Assembly (NCBI GenBank): GCA_964343345.1
Contig: CAYFJE010000002.1
Location: forward strand, 1-38,478
Length of the DNA: 38,478 nt
Source: an uncultured bacterium
GTDB lineage: Bacteria; UBP7; UBA6624
Direction: 5' to 3'
In this document: piece after piece, positions 17,392 to 26,802 of the stretch
Numbering within the stretch: position 1 is the first letter of the stretch
Layout of the letters: each line of letters begins with the position of its first letter
Notes under the pieces: model-generated
Told to the model about the DNA's origin: nothing
Seen by the model: the letters and a program-made list of their open reading frames with translations, nothing else
Database searches by the model: none
Translations under genes and position numbers: made by a program

Positions 17392-18427
17392 AAAGTTTGT
17401 AATATTAGTTTTGTTTTTTACCGGATTCTTCGGTTGTTATCGTCCGGCGATACCTTGGAAGATTACAGCATACTCGATTGTAAAAATAGAACCTGATGAA
17501 CACACAAGGGTAGCTCTAAACTGGAGCGGAGGCCCTGATGGAAAACCTGTTAATATAACAATTATTTACGATCTTCGTTTAGACGGAGATACTTATCGCT
17601 GGGAACCAGTTTCCAGAACGGAAAAATGGAAAAAAGTTCAAAGCTTAGATTTTGCAGAAGATGGAAATTCATTAGTTCTTGCTGCCGATCTCAGAACGCG
17701 AGATATTTGGTTTTGGGAAATAGACAAACTTCCAATCGAATTTACATCAAATAAAGAAATTGAAGGAGATGTTGCTCTTGCAGGAGATTTGGTTGTTTTT
17801 AGAAAAAAAGAAGGCAAGGCACATAATCTTTTTTCGAAATCTATCAATGGAATCGAAGGTCAAAGATTAACTAATGGAAATTCTGTAAGGTGGAATTTAA
17901 AAATTCTAAAAACTGAGTATGGCTTTGATGTAATTCATAATGTTTTGAACGGTATGAATTTAGGTATATCGACTGTTTCGTTAAGCGAAGCAACCCCTAA
18001 AAGGATTTTAGACAACCCAGGACCAGAGCCTTCTTTTGACATTGCTAAGGACAAGATGATTTATTCAAACGAAAATAAATGGTTTTTGTGTGAAGGAAAA
18101 GAGAGACCGTGGGAGGGAGGCTGCAAAGAGCACAGTGTTTCAAGTGAATTTAATTGGACTGGCGATGTTTTTGTTTTAGATAAAGGTGTTTATGGTGGAG
18201 TTGTGGCAAGCGAGGCATCTCCAACCACCAGTTTACTTTACAGAGACACAGAAAGAACTCTAACAAAAAACTACACAGGCGATATAAAGAGTTTAAAGTC
18301 AGAAGGCAACTTGCTTGCTCTTGTTTTAAATAACCCAGCAACAGGAGATTTTTTCAGATTAGAAATTTTTGATGATTCCGGAATAAAATCCCTACCCCCT
18401 CTTTACCCTCCAGAATCAGTAGATTGA
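17384..18427 (+). CDS. hypothetical lipoprotein
   Basis: Lipobox-like N-terminus MSKKFVILVLFFTGFFGC. The start overlaps the permease end by 8 nt. The sequence is beta-rich and I recognised no family. Confidence 0.5.
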   Translation: MSKKFVILVLFFTGFFGCYRPAIPWKITAYSIVKIEPDEHTRVALNWSGGPDGKPVNITIIYDLRLDGDTYRWEPVSRTEKWKKVQSLDFAEDGNSLVLAADLRTRDIWFWEIDKLPIEFTSNKEIEGDVALAGDLVVFRKKEGKAHNLFSKSINGIEGQRLTNGNSVRWNLKILKTEYGFDVIHNVLNGMNLGISTVSLSEATPKRILDNPGPEPSFDIAKDKMIYSNENKWFLCEGKERPWEGGCKEHSVSSEFNWTGDVFVLDKGVYGGVVASEASPTTSLLYRDTERTLTKNYTGDIKSLKSEGNLLALVLNNPATGDFFRLEIFDDSGIKSLPPLYPPESVD

Positions 18428-19356
18428 TTTTCATTCCACAGCATCTTTAGGTGCTTTAGGAGAGTGGGTTTCGGGTAGTTAGATAAAACTCTTACGCTCC
18501 ACCCTTTTTGTGTTTGCGGCAGCATGGCCGCCCATCCTTCTAAATCTAAATCAAGAGCTTTTTTCAAAATTCTGAAATTTTGATTTCTTGTTTGATCTTC
18601 AAAATAAATTAAATAAACATAACTGTCTTTTTCTTCAGAAAGGTATCTCAGGAAAAGGCCTTTGATACCCCCTTCTTCAGCAGCCTTTGTCGAAAGAAAA
18701 ATAGCTTCTTGCTTTTTTGCTCCTAAGATTTTTTCAGGCACGAAAAACTTATGGCTCAGAGATTTTGAAAATTTTGAGATGATGTAATCAACATGTTGTT
18801 TCGGTGGGAAAAAGACACCTTCTTCGAGATTTTCTTCTTCAATATTTATCTCAATAACATCAATCAGTTTTTCACTTTGCTCTTTTACCCGCTCTCTTCT
18901 TATGGGAAGTTGATATTCTTTATGAAGCCAGTAAGTTGTTTTTACACCGTTTTTTTCCCAAGAATCTTCAGAGTTAAAGACGGAAAGAATATCCACGTCA
19001 TCAATAACAAGATCTTCTTTTTCCCAGTCACCATCCTCTTGAGGAATGTTTTTTACCTGGTCCCAAACATAACCAGGCATCAAGAGACGGGCCATTTCTT
19101 TGTTTTGGGGGAAGAAAGTGCGATCGAAAAAAAGATTAACATCAATATCGCTCATGATGTAAATATTTTCTTTTGGTCCAAGAATAAAAAAATTATCATC
19201 ATCTTCCTCAAGTCGGATATTTCCATTTTTTGAGAAATACTTAATACTTTTTTCATTTATTGTTCGACCTTGAATATTTTGATAAAATTTAATTTCACCG
19301 CGATAAGAATAAGGAATTGTTTCCTCGATCAAAAAAAGAAATAAAAATAGAAACAT
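18403..19356 (-). CDS. hypothetical protein, possible LolA/RseB-like partner of the upstream sigma/anti-sigma pair
   Basis: Its start abuts the stop of the anti-sigma candidate (19357/19356). It has a hydrophobic N-terminus. The assignment rests mainly on gene context, with no motif-level support. Confidence 0.3.
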   Translation of the reverse strand: MFLFLFLFLIEETIPYSYRGEIKFYQNIQGRTINEKSIKYFSKNGNIRLEEDDDNFFILGPKENIYIMSDIDVNLFFDRTFFPQNKEMARLLMPGYVWDQVKNIPQEDGDWEKEDLVIDDVDILSVFNSEDSWEKNGVKTTYWLHKEYQLPIRRERVKEQSEKLIDVIEINIEEENLEEGVFFPPKQHVDYIISKFSKSLSHKFFVPEKILGAKKQEAIFLSTKAAEEGGIKGLFLRYLSEEKDSYVYLIYFEDQTRNQNFRILKKALDLDLEGWAAMLPQTQKGWSVRVLSNYPKPTLLKHLKMLWNENQSTDSGG

Positions 19357-19791
19357 CTAACTTAAGAAAGGGTCTTCCGTCAATAAAGAGTTGAGATCTG
19401 AAATATTGCCACTCAATCCAGTTTTCGAAGCCCTTTCAACACGATCCAAGCTTATTTCAATTTGTTCACCCGCCCTGAAAGAATCCCTAACATAGCCCCA
19501 TCCAAAATATGAAATAGAAAGAGAAAATACGAAAAGTGTCGAAAAAGAATACCCCGCTATAGATGTTGCAGCCCATTTTCTTTTCTGGATTTTAATTTTT
19601 CTTTCAATCAGGCCAGATAGATTTTTCCCCAGTTTTTTTGTTTTGAAAGAGTTTAATTCCGGGATATCGGCTTTTTCCTCTTCCATTAGGTTTTTCAAAA
19701 TAATTTTTATATTCTTAGGAGGAACCCGTTTGGGAAGGGTGTTTTTTATCAATTTTAAAAAATCCCGATTTTCTTTTTCAGAAAAAAACAT
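19357..19791 (-). CDS. putative membrane-anchored anti-sigma factor
   Basis: It lies 2 nt downstream of the ECF sigma gene. It has a single TM segment, WAATSIAGYSFSTLFVFSLSISYFGWGY, in the middle of a 144-aa protein. There is no zinc HxxxCxxC motif. Confidence 0.4.
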   Translation of the reverse strand: MFFSEKENRDFLKLIKNTLPKRVPPKNIKIILKNLMEEEKADIPELNSFKTKKLGKNLSGLIERKIKIQKRKWAATSIAGYSFSTLFVFSLSISYFGWGYVRDSFRAGEQIEISLDRVERASKTGLSGNISDLNSLLTEDPFLS

Positions 19792-19793
19792 TA

Positions 19794-20462
19794 TTATTTA
19801 TTATCCATATATTTTTTGAATTTGATACGAGCCTTGTGAATTCTCATTTTTACAGCCGTTACGGAGCAGCCTAAAATTTCTGCAATATCAAGATATGTCA
19901 ATTCTGGCTGTATCGCAAGCAGCAAAGCCTCTCTTAGGTTGATGGGCAGAAGCATCAAGGCTTCTCCAATCTTTTCTGCCTGGCCTTCTTGCTTTATCAC
20001 GTCTTCGGCATTCGGGTTCTTCCCATCTCCTGGATCAAATGTGTCTCCAGCCTCCCCACCTCCAAACATACCCTCTATGGAGGTTGGCCTTTTTCCCTGG
20101 GCTGACAATAAAGTGTTCCCTTGGTTCCTTCCAATTGTGAAAAGCCAAGTTTTGAATTTCTGTTTCGGGTTAAATTTTTTAGCATATTTCCAAACCCTGA
20201 AAAAGGATTCCGCAGCAGCGCCTTCCGCCGTTGCAGGGTCTTTGATGTAAAGGCTCAAGAAATTAAAAAGGGGTGATTGGTATCGTTCCACTAGCTCCCC
20301 CAATGCTTCATGATTGTTTTTGGCTACAAGTTCCATCAATTCTTCGTCAGTTTTCTTCCCAAGGGTCATACCTGACTCCATCCTATACCTCTCAGCCAGG
20401 GGTTTTGTTTCTGAAAAAGTGAGGTTTGGGCATAGACTGCTTGTCAGAATTGCGGGTTCCAA
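19794..20462 (-). CDS. RNA polymerase ECF-type sigma-70 factor
   Basis: Region 2 (ELVERYQSPLFNFL..., FKTWLFTIGRNQ) and the region 4 HTH (LTYLDIAEILGCSVTAVKMRIHKARIKF) are present. The ORF-track start is a TTG at 20462. Internal ATGs at 20381 or 20369 are plausible alternatives. Confidence 0.85.
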   Translation of the reverse strand: MEPAILTSSLCPNLTFSETKPLAERYRMESGMTLGKKTDEELMELVAKNNHEALGELVERYQSPLFNFLSLYIKDPATAEGAAAESFFRVWKYAKKFNPKQKFKTWLFTIGRNQGNTLLSAQGKRPTSIEGMFGGGEAGDTFDPGDGKNPNAEDVIKQEGQAEKIGEALMLLPINLREALLLAIQPELTYLDIAEILGCSVTAVKMRIHKARIKFKKYMDNK

Positions 20463-20466
20463 CTTA

Positions 20467-21810
20467 TTAATAAGTTGGATATCTTGTTGAAACTACAAAT
20501 TCCTGGACCCCGTTATTTAGTCTCGAATACCCAACATGGAATCCGCGATCTCCATGCGGGGAAATGACGTTGTCAAAAACAGGGTTCATGTTGATTGGGA
20601 TATCAGTGGGACTTGATCCATTCCAACCCGTAACAATGTCGCCACCCCAGAGATTCCCTTTTGCGAATCTGTGATTCAAAACAAAGTCAAAAGGAGCTTC
20701 ATGCTCCCACCAGAAAACATGTTTTTTGCCGCTTGGCTCTATCCCTAGAGATATTTCTGCAGCAGCAAGATTATTGACAGGGTCATAAGCCATTGCGACC
20801 AGTTTTTCTGGTCCGGCTGTCAATGGTGTTGAGATTGACCATTCCCTATAAACAATCGCATCTGGATGAAGATTTGATTGGTCTGAATTGCTTTGGTACA
20901 CTAATGTTAGGTATCCTGTAGAGGGGTTGATTTCAAAATCAAATGAATCAGTAACATTTGTTGCTATAAACTGATTACTTCCAGCCCAATTGTTGGCATC
21001 ACTGCAGTCGCTTGTGAGTAGGCAATGGTAAAGCTTTAAACCCAAGCCTGCATTATCTGCTCGGGCAATTATCACAATGCTTCCTCCTGCGATCTTTACG
21101 ACAGGGGATGTTCCTACTGCAGAAAACCCCGCATTTGCCCCATCGATAGACACGTAATTAGTCCAATCTGCAAAGTTGTAGAGCCCTGCTTGTAGGTTTG
21201 CTAATGGATAATCCATCAAGAGCAATTCCATATTAATGGCTAAATCATCAAAACCTTCTTGCCAAGCCAGGAGAAGAGTGTTGTTTGTTGTATCAATTGC
21301 AGCAGTTGGGGCCCCACCACCTATCGTGTTTGGCAAGTTCGATCCACACCCTTGCAGGCTACCTCCCGCTGCCCATGTTCCATCCCAGCACCAGTAGGTT
21401 ACAAATGTGTCAGCACTCGGGACATCCTCAGTTGCAAAAATATGCAATACTCCAATGTTTGTTGAGTTAAAAACCGAATTATTGTTATCAATAATCGCAG
21501 TTACCCCACTGCATCCAATACCACCCCCAATTGTCATTTTTTCGGTTGTGTTAAAACTTCCCGAAACATCTTTGTAAATTTCAAGTTGACCAGCACTCAC
21601 GCCATTTGAGTTACATGATAAAAGATAATTGTTCCCCTGGAAGTCATAAATGTAATGGCTTTCAGAGTAAACGTTAGCAGTTTGCACCAAGGGTACAACA
21701 CTGCTGTCTGGCCCTGCGTAGCCTATCGGATGCGTAACTGAACCCCCACTTCCGCCACATGCGGATATTGCGATAATTAAAATTGCTAAAAGTCTGATGA
21801 TTTTTTTCAT
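20467..21810 (-). CDS. hypothetical lipoprotein, Gly/Asn/Ser-rich beta-type fold
   Basis: Signal peptide plus lipobox, MKKIIRLLAILIIAISAC. 447-aa ORF with no family recognised. Confidence 0.5.
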   Translation of the reverse strand: MKKIIRLLAILIIAISACGGSGGSVTHPIGYAGPDSSVVPLVQTANVYSESHYIYDFQGNNYLLSCNSNGVSAGQLEIYKDVSGSFNTTEKMTIGGGIGCSGVTAIIDNNNSVFNSTNIGVLHIFATEDVPSADTFVTYWCWDGTWAAGGSLQGCGSNLPNTIGGGAPTAAIDTTNNTLLLAWQEGFDDLAINMELLLMDYPLANLQAGLYNFADWTNYVSIDGANAGFSAVGTSPVVKIAGGSIVIIARADNAGLGLKLYHCLLTSDCSDANNWAGSNQFIATNVTDSFDFEINPSTGYLTLVYQSNSDQSNLHPDAIVYREWSISTPLTAGPEKLVAMAYDPVNNLAAAEISLGIEPSGKKHVFWWEHEAPFDFVLNHRFAKGNLWGGDIVTGWNGSSPTDIPINMNPVFDNVISPHGDRGFHVGYSRLNNGVQEFVVSTRYPTY

Positions 21811-21815
21811 AATAT

Positions 21816-23006
21816 TTAGTTTAACACCTTATTTCCTTCAACGAAAAGCATCTTAAGCCGGTTGTTTGACGAAAAAAAATCATCTAAGTCGTTTTTCCAT
21901 ACCCCGATATCAGCAATAGAGCCTTCTTCAATTTTCCCAGTTTTTTTCAGGCCAAGTGCTTTTGCTGGACTGGATGTTATTGCTTTCAATATTTCCTTGT
22001 TTGACATTTTCAAATCTCGTGAAGCCAGCTTCCCAACTTCTAACAGAGACGTGCAAAAAGAAGATCCCGCATTGAAGTCTGTTGCCAAAAATAACTCAAC
22101 ACCAGCATCAAGCAACTTTCTGGCATTTGGCTGTACCCCTGTGTCAAGTTCAATGTTGCAAATAGGCAATATTCCAACAGCGACTCCACTTTCAGCTAAT
22201 TTTTTTTCATCCCCTTCTTTGAGGTGTTCAGCATGATCGATTGAAACAGCTCCATATTTTAAAGCAATTTCAGCACCGCCCATTTCAGAGAATTGTCCAG
22301 CATGCAAAGTGATTTGATAATCTAGCGAACATGCATGAGAAAGGAGAAATTCAGTTTGTTTTTTAGAAAATGCCCCATCTTCCAAAAAAACATCAAAACG
22401 ACTTGCAAGGTTTTCTTTTTTTGCCATTTTTGCTGCTGTGACTATTTCCTCTAGATAAGTTTCTTCATCTTTGTTTTCAGGAAAAGCATGAGCCATCAAC
22501 AATGTTGTGACTACTCGAACTTTTTTCTCAGAAGCCCATTCCTTATAGATTCTTAAATGATGCAATTCTTCTTCAAGAGAAAGGCCGTAACCAGTTTTTA
22601 CTTCGATCGTTGTCGTCCCGGCAGATTGCATTTTTGAGAACCTTTCATCCATAAGGGACTTCAATTCTTCAGTCGTTGATTTTTTTGTTTCGGAAACGGT
22701 ATGTTTTATGCCTCCTCCAGCTTTCAAAATCTCAACATACGAAGCTCCTTTTTTTCTTAACTCCCCCTCAAAGCTTCGATCACCAGAATGAAGGAGGTGA
22801 GTGTGTGCATCAATAAAGCCAGGAGTAATAAAAGACCTCCCACAATCAATAATTTTTACTTGAGTCTTTTTTCTCAAAAAGGAATCAACCTCCTTTCCGT
22901 TTAGGAGACTTTTAACAACACCATTTTTTACACAAATGAAATTAGGGCCTTTTACAACTTTAAAACCATTCCACATATTTCCATTTGTTTTGATTAAATA
23001 ATCCAT
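21816..23006 (-). CDS. hutI: imidazolonepropionase
   Basis: ITPGFIDAHTHLLHSGDR, YVEILKAGGGIKHTV and the amidohydrolase metal-ligand pattern (HAGQ..., IDHAEH, ATDFN) are present. Confidence 0.9.
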   Translation of the reverse strand: MDYLIKTNGNMWNGFKVVKGPNFICVKNGVVKSLLNGKEVDSFLRKKTQVKIIDCGRSFITPGFIDAHTHLLHSGDRSFEGELRKKGASYVEILKAGGGIKHTVSETKKSTTEELKSLMDERFSKMQSAGTTTIEVKTGYGLSLEEELHHLRIYKEWASEKKVRVVTTLLMAHAFPENKDEETYLEEIVTAAKMAKKENLASRFDVFLEDGAFSKKQTEFLLSHACSLDYQITLHAGQFSEMGGAEIALKYGAVSIDHAEHLKEGDEKKLAESGVAVGILPICNIELDTGVQPNARKLLDAGVELFLATDFNAGSSFCTSLLEVGKLASRDLKMSNKEILKAITSSPAKALGLKKTGKIEEGSIADIGVWKNDLDDFFSSNNRLKMLFVEGNKVLN

Positions 23007-23050
23007 AAAAGCACCATAAAAACTACTCTATACTATACAATTTTTGTTCA

Positions 23051-24553
23051 ATGAATCCAAAGGAAGCTTTCTCAAAATTAAAGGAAATATCATCCGATTC
23101 ACATGTAATCAGTGATGTGAGTGCGATTATAGGCTGGGACCAAGAAGTGAATATGCCCCCAAAAGGACTGGAGAACAGAGGGCGAATGATGTCTTGGCTT
23201 GCACAACAAAGGCATAAAAATGCCACACACCCAGCAATAGGAGAAGCACTCGAAGTCGCTCTATCTGGAGACTGGAGCAAAAAAGAGCAAGCTTGCTTGA
23301 GGGAATGGAAAAGAGGCTGGGACCTTGTTACAAAAATTCCGGCAGATCTGGTAAAAAGAGAGGCCTTGGCTTCTGTAAAAGGACATGAGTCATGGAAATC
23401 TGCAAGAGAAAAAGATGATTTTTCAATTTTTAGAAATGATTTAAGTGAATTAATAGAGCTTTCAAAAGAAAGATCAGAATGTCTTGGATATGAAACCGAA
23501 TCTTACGATGCGCTTCTCGACAGTTTTCAGGCAGGAATGAATGTCGAGGGGATTGACAAATTGTTTACAAGTTTAAAAAAGAAACTCACACCCCTCCTTG
23601 AAGAAATTTTAGATTGGCAGGGGGAAATCGAAAAAGACCCTATTGCAGGCCATTACCCAAAAGAGGAACAGAAAAAATTCTGTGAATGGGGAGCAAGGCA
23701 TATTGGCTTTGATTTCGAGGCAGGGAGGATAGACACTGCGGTTCATCCTTTTTGCTCGGGAGCTGGTCCAGGGGATGTTAGGTTAACAACAAGATACAAC
23801 CTTGAGAACCCTTTTGATTCATTTGGGGGATCTCTTCATGAAGCAGGACATGGACTTTATGAACAAGGTTTACCTTCAGGAAAAGAGGAGTACGGAACAC
23901 CGCTAAGTGATTCCGTTTCTTTGGGAATACATGAAAGCCAATCATTATTTTGGGAATCCATTGTTGGACAAAGCCCAGAATTTTGGGAATATGTTTTGCC
24001 TTTTTTCAAACAGCATTTCCCAGGAAGGGCCGATTCGATAACACATTCGCAAATTGTCCGTAGAACAAACAGGGTTTCAAGATCTCTAATTAGAGTTGAA
24101 GCTGACGAGGTAACCTATCCACTTCATGTTATTTTAAGATTTGAGATAGAAAGAGATATTTTCAAAGACAATCTTTCTGTAGACGATCTGCCAGATGCCT
24201 GGAATCACAAAATGAAAGAGCTTATCGGAGTGACCCCTCCAAATAACACTCTTGGGGTTTTGCAAGATGTACATTGGTCTATGGGTGGTTTTGGCTATTT
24301 TCCAACCTATGCCCTTGGAAGACTTTATTCGGCACAATTTGCAGAACAGCTTTCCAAAGACATGCCTCACTGGAGAGCTGATATGGCAAAGGGGAATTGT
24401 TCCCCTGCTTTAGAGTGGTCAAGAAAAAATATACATTCACAAGGTTCAATTTACAGAACCGAAGAACTAATAGAAAAGGTCACAGGAACCCCCCCAAGCG
24501 AAGAGCCGTTTTTAAATTATCTCAGGGCAAAATACAAAAAGATATTTACTTAA
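23051..24553 (+). CDS. M32 carboxypeptidase (carboxypeptidase Taq family)
   Basis: Family motif order is HPF (AVHPFCSG), then the zinc site HEAGHGLYEQG, then IHESQSLFWE and GYFPTYALG. Confidence 0.9.
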   Translation: MNPKEAFSKLKEISSDSHVISDVSAIIGWDQEVNMPPKGLENRGRMMSWLAQQRHKNATHPAIGEALEVALSGDWSKKEQACLREWKRGWDLVTKIPADLVKREALASVKGHESWKSAREKDDFSIFRNDLSELIELSKERSECLGYETESYDALLDSFQAGMNVEGIDKLFTSLKKKLTPLLEEILDWQGEIEKDPIAGHYPKEEQKKFCEWGARHIGFDFEAGRIDTAVHPFCSGAGPGDVRLTTRYNLENPFDSFGGSLHEAGHGLYEQGLPSGKEEYGTPLSDSVSLGIHESQSLFWESIVGQSPEFWEYVLPFFKQHFPGRADSITHSQIVRRTNRVSRSLIRVEADEVTYPLHVILRFEIERDIFKDNLSVDDLPDAWNHKMKELIGVTPPNNTLGVLQDVHWSMGGFGYFPTYALGRLYSAQFAEQLSKDMPHWRADMAKGNCSPALEWSRKNIHSQGSIYRTEELIEKVTGTPPSEEPFLNYLRAKYKKIFT

Positions 24554-26286
24554 TCACAAAGATCAATACCCATATTTTCAGCATTTTCCTTCGCATCTTC
24601 ATAGCCTGCATCAGCATGTCTCGCAATACCTATTCCAGGGTCGTTTGTCAGGACTCGTTCAAGCCTTTCTTTTTTCGAAGAGGTTCCATCAGCAACAACA
24701 ACCATCCCAGCATGCATTGACATCCCTGTTCCAACACCACCTCCACTATGAAATGACACCCAAGATGCTCCAGAGGCTGTATTCAATGCAAAATTCAAAA
24801 GCGGCCAATCAGCAACTGCATCTGAACCATCAAGCATAGATTCAGTTTCTCTGCTAGGGCTTGCAACAGACCCAGTATCAAGGTGGTCTCTACCTATAAC
24901 TATCGGAGCATCCAATGTCTTATTTTTGACCATTTCATTCATGGCCAATCCAGCTTTTGCTCTATCCCCATATTTGAGCCAACATATTCTTGTAGGCATA
25001 CCTTCAAAAGGCACTTTTGTTTGAGCTAGCCTAATCCATTTTTCCAAAAAAGGATCTTCTGGGAAAAGCTCCAACATCTTTTCATCAGTTTTTTTGATAT
25101 CATCTTTATTTCCTGAAACAGCAGCCCATCTGAATGGCCCCATTCCTTTAGAAAAAAGAGGTCTTATGTATGCTGGAAGAAAACCCGGATAAGCATATTC
25201 CTTATTTTTGGTTTTAATCTCCTTAAAACCAGCAAGATAAGCTTGATCTCTCAAGGCATTTCCATAATCAAAAGCAATAGAGCCTCTTTTTTGCATTCCC
25301 ATAATTGCACTTACATGTTTCATAATGGTTTCTTGTGCTCTCTTCGCATATTCTTTTGGATTTGACATCCTAAGTTGATTCAATTCTCCAATATTGCCTT
25401 CTGGCCAATAGGAAAGCAGATTGTGTGCCGAGGTTTGATCGGTCACTATGTCCGGAATCTCATCTTTTTCAAGAAGATTTGTTGCAACAGTTGCGATATT
25501 TCCAACAAGCCCAATCGAAAGACCTTTTCCATTCAAAACTGCCTCATTCTTCCATTTAAGAGCTTCTTCGAGATTGTCAGTGATTTTGTCGCAAAAACCC
25601 TGTTTGACCTTTTTTTCAATTCTTTCCCTAAGCACCTCCACACATAATATACATGCACCGGACATTGACCCCGCAAGTGGCTGGGCACCACTCATTCCCC
25701 CAACACCCGCTGTAAGTATCCACCTATTAGAAAGGTCGCTTGTTCCATATTCTTTTTCTGCAAGAGCAACAAATGTTTGATAAGTGCCTTGAAGTATTCC
25801 TTGTGTTCCAATGTATATCCAGGATCCAGCAGTCATTTGCCCATACATGAATAAACCTTTTTGATCTAGCTCATTGAAGCATTTTTCATTTGCCCAATTT
25901 GGGACAAGGTTGCTGTTTGCAATAATGACTCTCGGGGCTTCTTCATGCGTCTTTCCAACATAAACAGGTTTTCCGCTTTGGACACAAAGTGTTTCGTCGG
26001 GCTTGAGCCTTTTTAGAGTTTCAAGTATTCTCCAGTATTCTTTCCAGTTCCTTGCAGCTCTCCCGGATCCGCCATAAACAATTAACTTCTCCCAATCAAC
26101 AGCAACCCTAGGATCTAGATTATTTTGCAACATTCGATAGGCTGATTCAATATCCCAATTCTTACAAGTCAAAGATGTTCCCAAAGGAGCTTTTGGGGGT
26201 TTTTTTGGCCGCATGTCCATGAACATCGGCCTGCCGTAAAGAGATTTTTCGTTAAATTTTTCGGGTTGAAAGAATGTCATTCCCAA
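24550..26286 (-). CDS. hutU: urocanate hydratase
   Basis: LTCKNWDIESAYRMLQNNLDPRVA, VYGGSGRAARNW, QSGKPVYV, GQMTAGSWIYIGTQGILQGTYQTF and GRDHLDTGSVASPSRETE match HutU throughout. Confidence 0.95.
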   Translation of the reverse strand: MGMTFFQPEKFNEKSLYGRPMFMDMRPKKPPKAPLGTSLTCKNWDIESAYRMLQNNLDPRVAVDWEKLIVYGGSGRAARNWKEYWRILETLKRLKPDETLCVQSGKPVYVGKTHEEAPRVIIANSNLVPNWANEKCFNELDQKGLFMYGQMTAGSWIYIGTQGILQGTYQTFVALAEKEYGTSDLSNRWILTAGVGGMSGAQPLAGSMSGACILCVEVLRERIEKKVKQGFCDKITDNLEEALKWKNEAVLNGKGLSIGLVGNIATVATNLLEKDEIPDIVTDQTSAHNLLSYWPEGNIGELNQLRMSNPKEYAKRAQETIMKHVSAIMGMQKRGSIAFDYGNALRDQAYLAGFKEIKTKNKEYAYPGFLPAYIRPLFSKGMGPFRWAAVSGNKDDIKKTDEKMLELFPEDPFLEKWIRLAQTKVPFEGMPTRICWLKYGDRAKAGLAMNEMVKNKTLDAPIVIGRDHLDTGSVASPSRETESMLDGSDAVADWPLLNFALNTASGASWVSFHSGGGVGTGMSMHAGMVVVADGTSSKKERLERVLTNDPGIGIARHADAGYEDAKENAENMGIDLCD

Positions 26287-26771
26287 TTATCTTCTTTGAT
26301 GTTTGGAGGAATTACGGAATATTTTTGAGACAATGTTTTTTGCAGATAAAGAGAGGTTGTGGTAATCCTTTGAACTGCTTCTATAATGCATTCTGAAGTC
26401 AGTTCGCTTGCTCGCTTGTTTTCACAAGAGTATAACCATCCATCACCGGGTGCTGAAATGTTAGAAAAGCTAGAGTGCGCAATAGATAAAGAGTCTTTTA
26501 AAAATGCAATCCTTTTTGATTCTGGGAATGGCAAGCATTGAGCTTCTCCTTTAAAAACAACACCCCCTTCAGAATCTTTATGTACCCCTAAAACAACAGG
26601 GACTGTATGTCTTGGCCAAAAACCGATAGACACACCATCATCATCATCTTCCATTGTGTGTTCAAGGAAGTTTATTTTGAGCTTTTTGCAGACTTCTACA
26701 AGGAGATCTCTACCAAGACCCAATTCATCTTTTAGAGGTTTTAAATTGTCGAAAATGTTTTCTGAACCCAC
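26277..26771 (-). CDS. hypothetical protein
   Basis: 164-aa ORF that overlaps the hutU start by 10 nt, which suggests co-transcription. No family recognised. Confidence 0.4.
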   Translation of the reverse strand: MGSENIFDNLKPLKDELGLGRDLLVEVCKKLKINFLEHTMEDDDDGVSIGFWPRHTVPVVLGVHKDSEGGVVFKGEAQCLPFPESKRIAFLKDSLSIAHSSFSNISAPGDGWLYSCENKRASELTSECIIEAVQRITTTSLYLQKTLSQKYSVIPPNIKEDNWE

Positions 26772-26802
26772 TACGATTTATCATAACAATCCAAACCAAA
26801 AA

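Noticed and set aside
23007-23050. TATACT and TATACA -10-like hexamers (23029-23039) only 12-22 nt upstream of the M32 carboxypeptidase ATG, with no visible Shine-Dalgarno, which could suggest a near-leaderless mRNA.
   Set aside because: -10-like hexamers are expected by chance in a sequence this AT-rich. I cannot define a transcription start from sequence alone. It is not reported as a feature.
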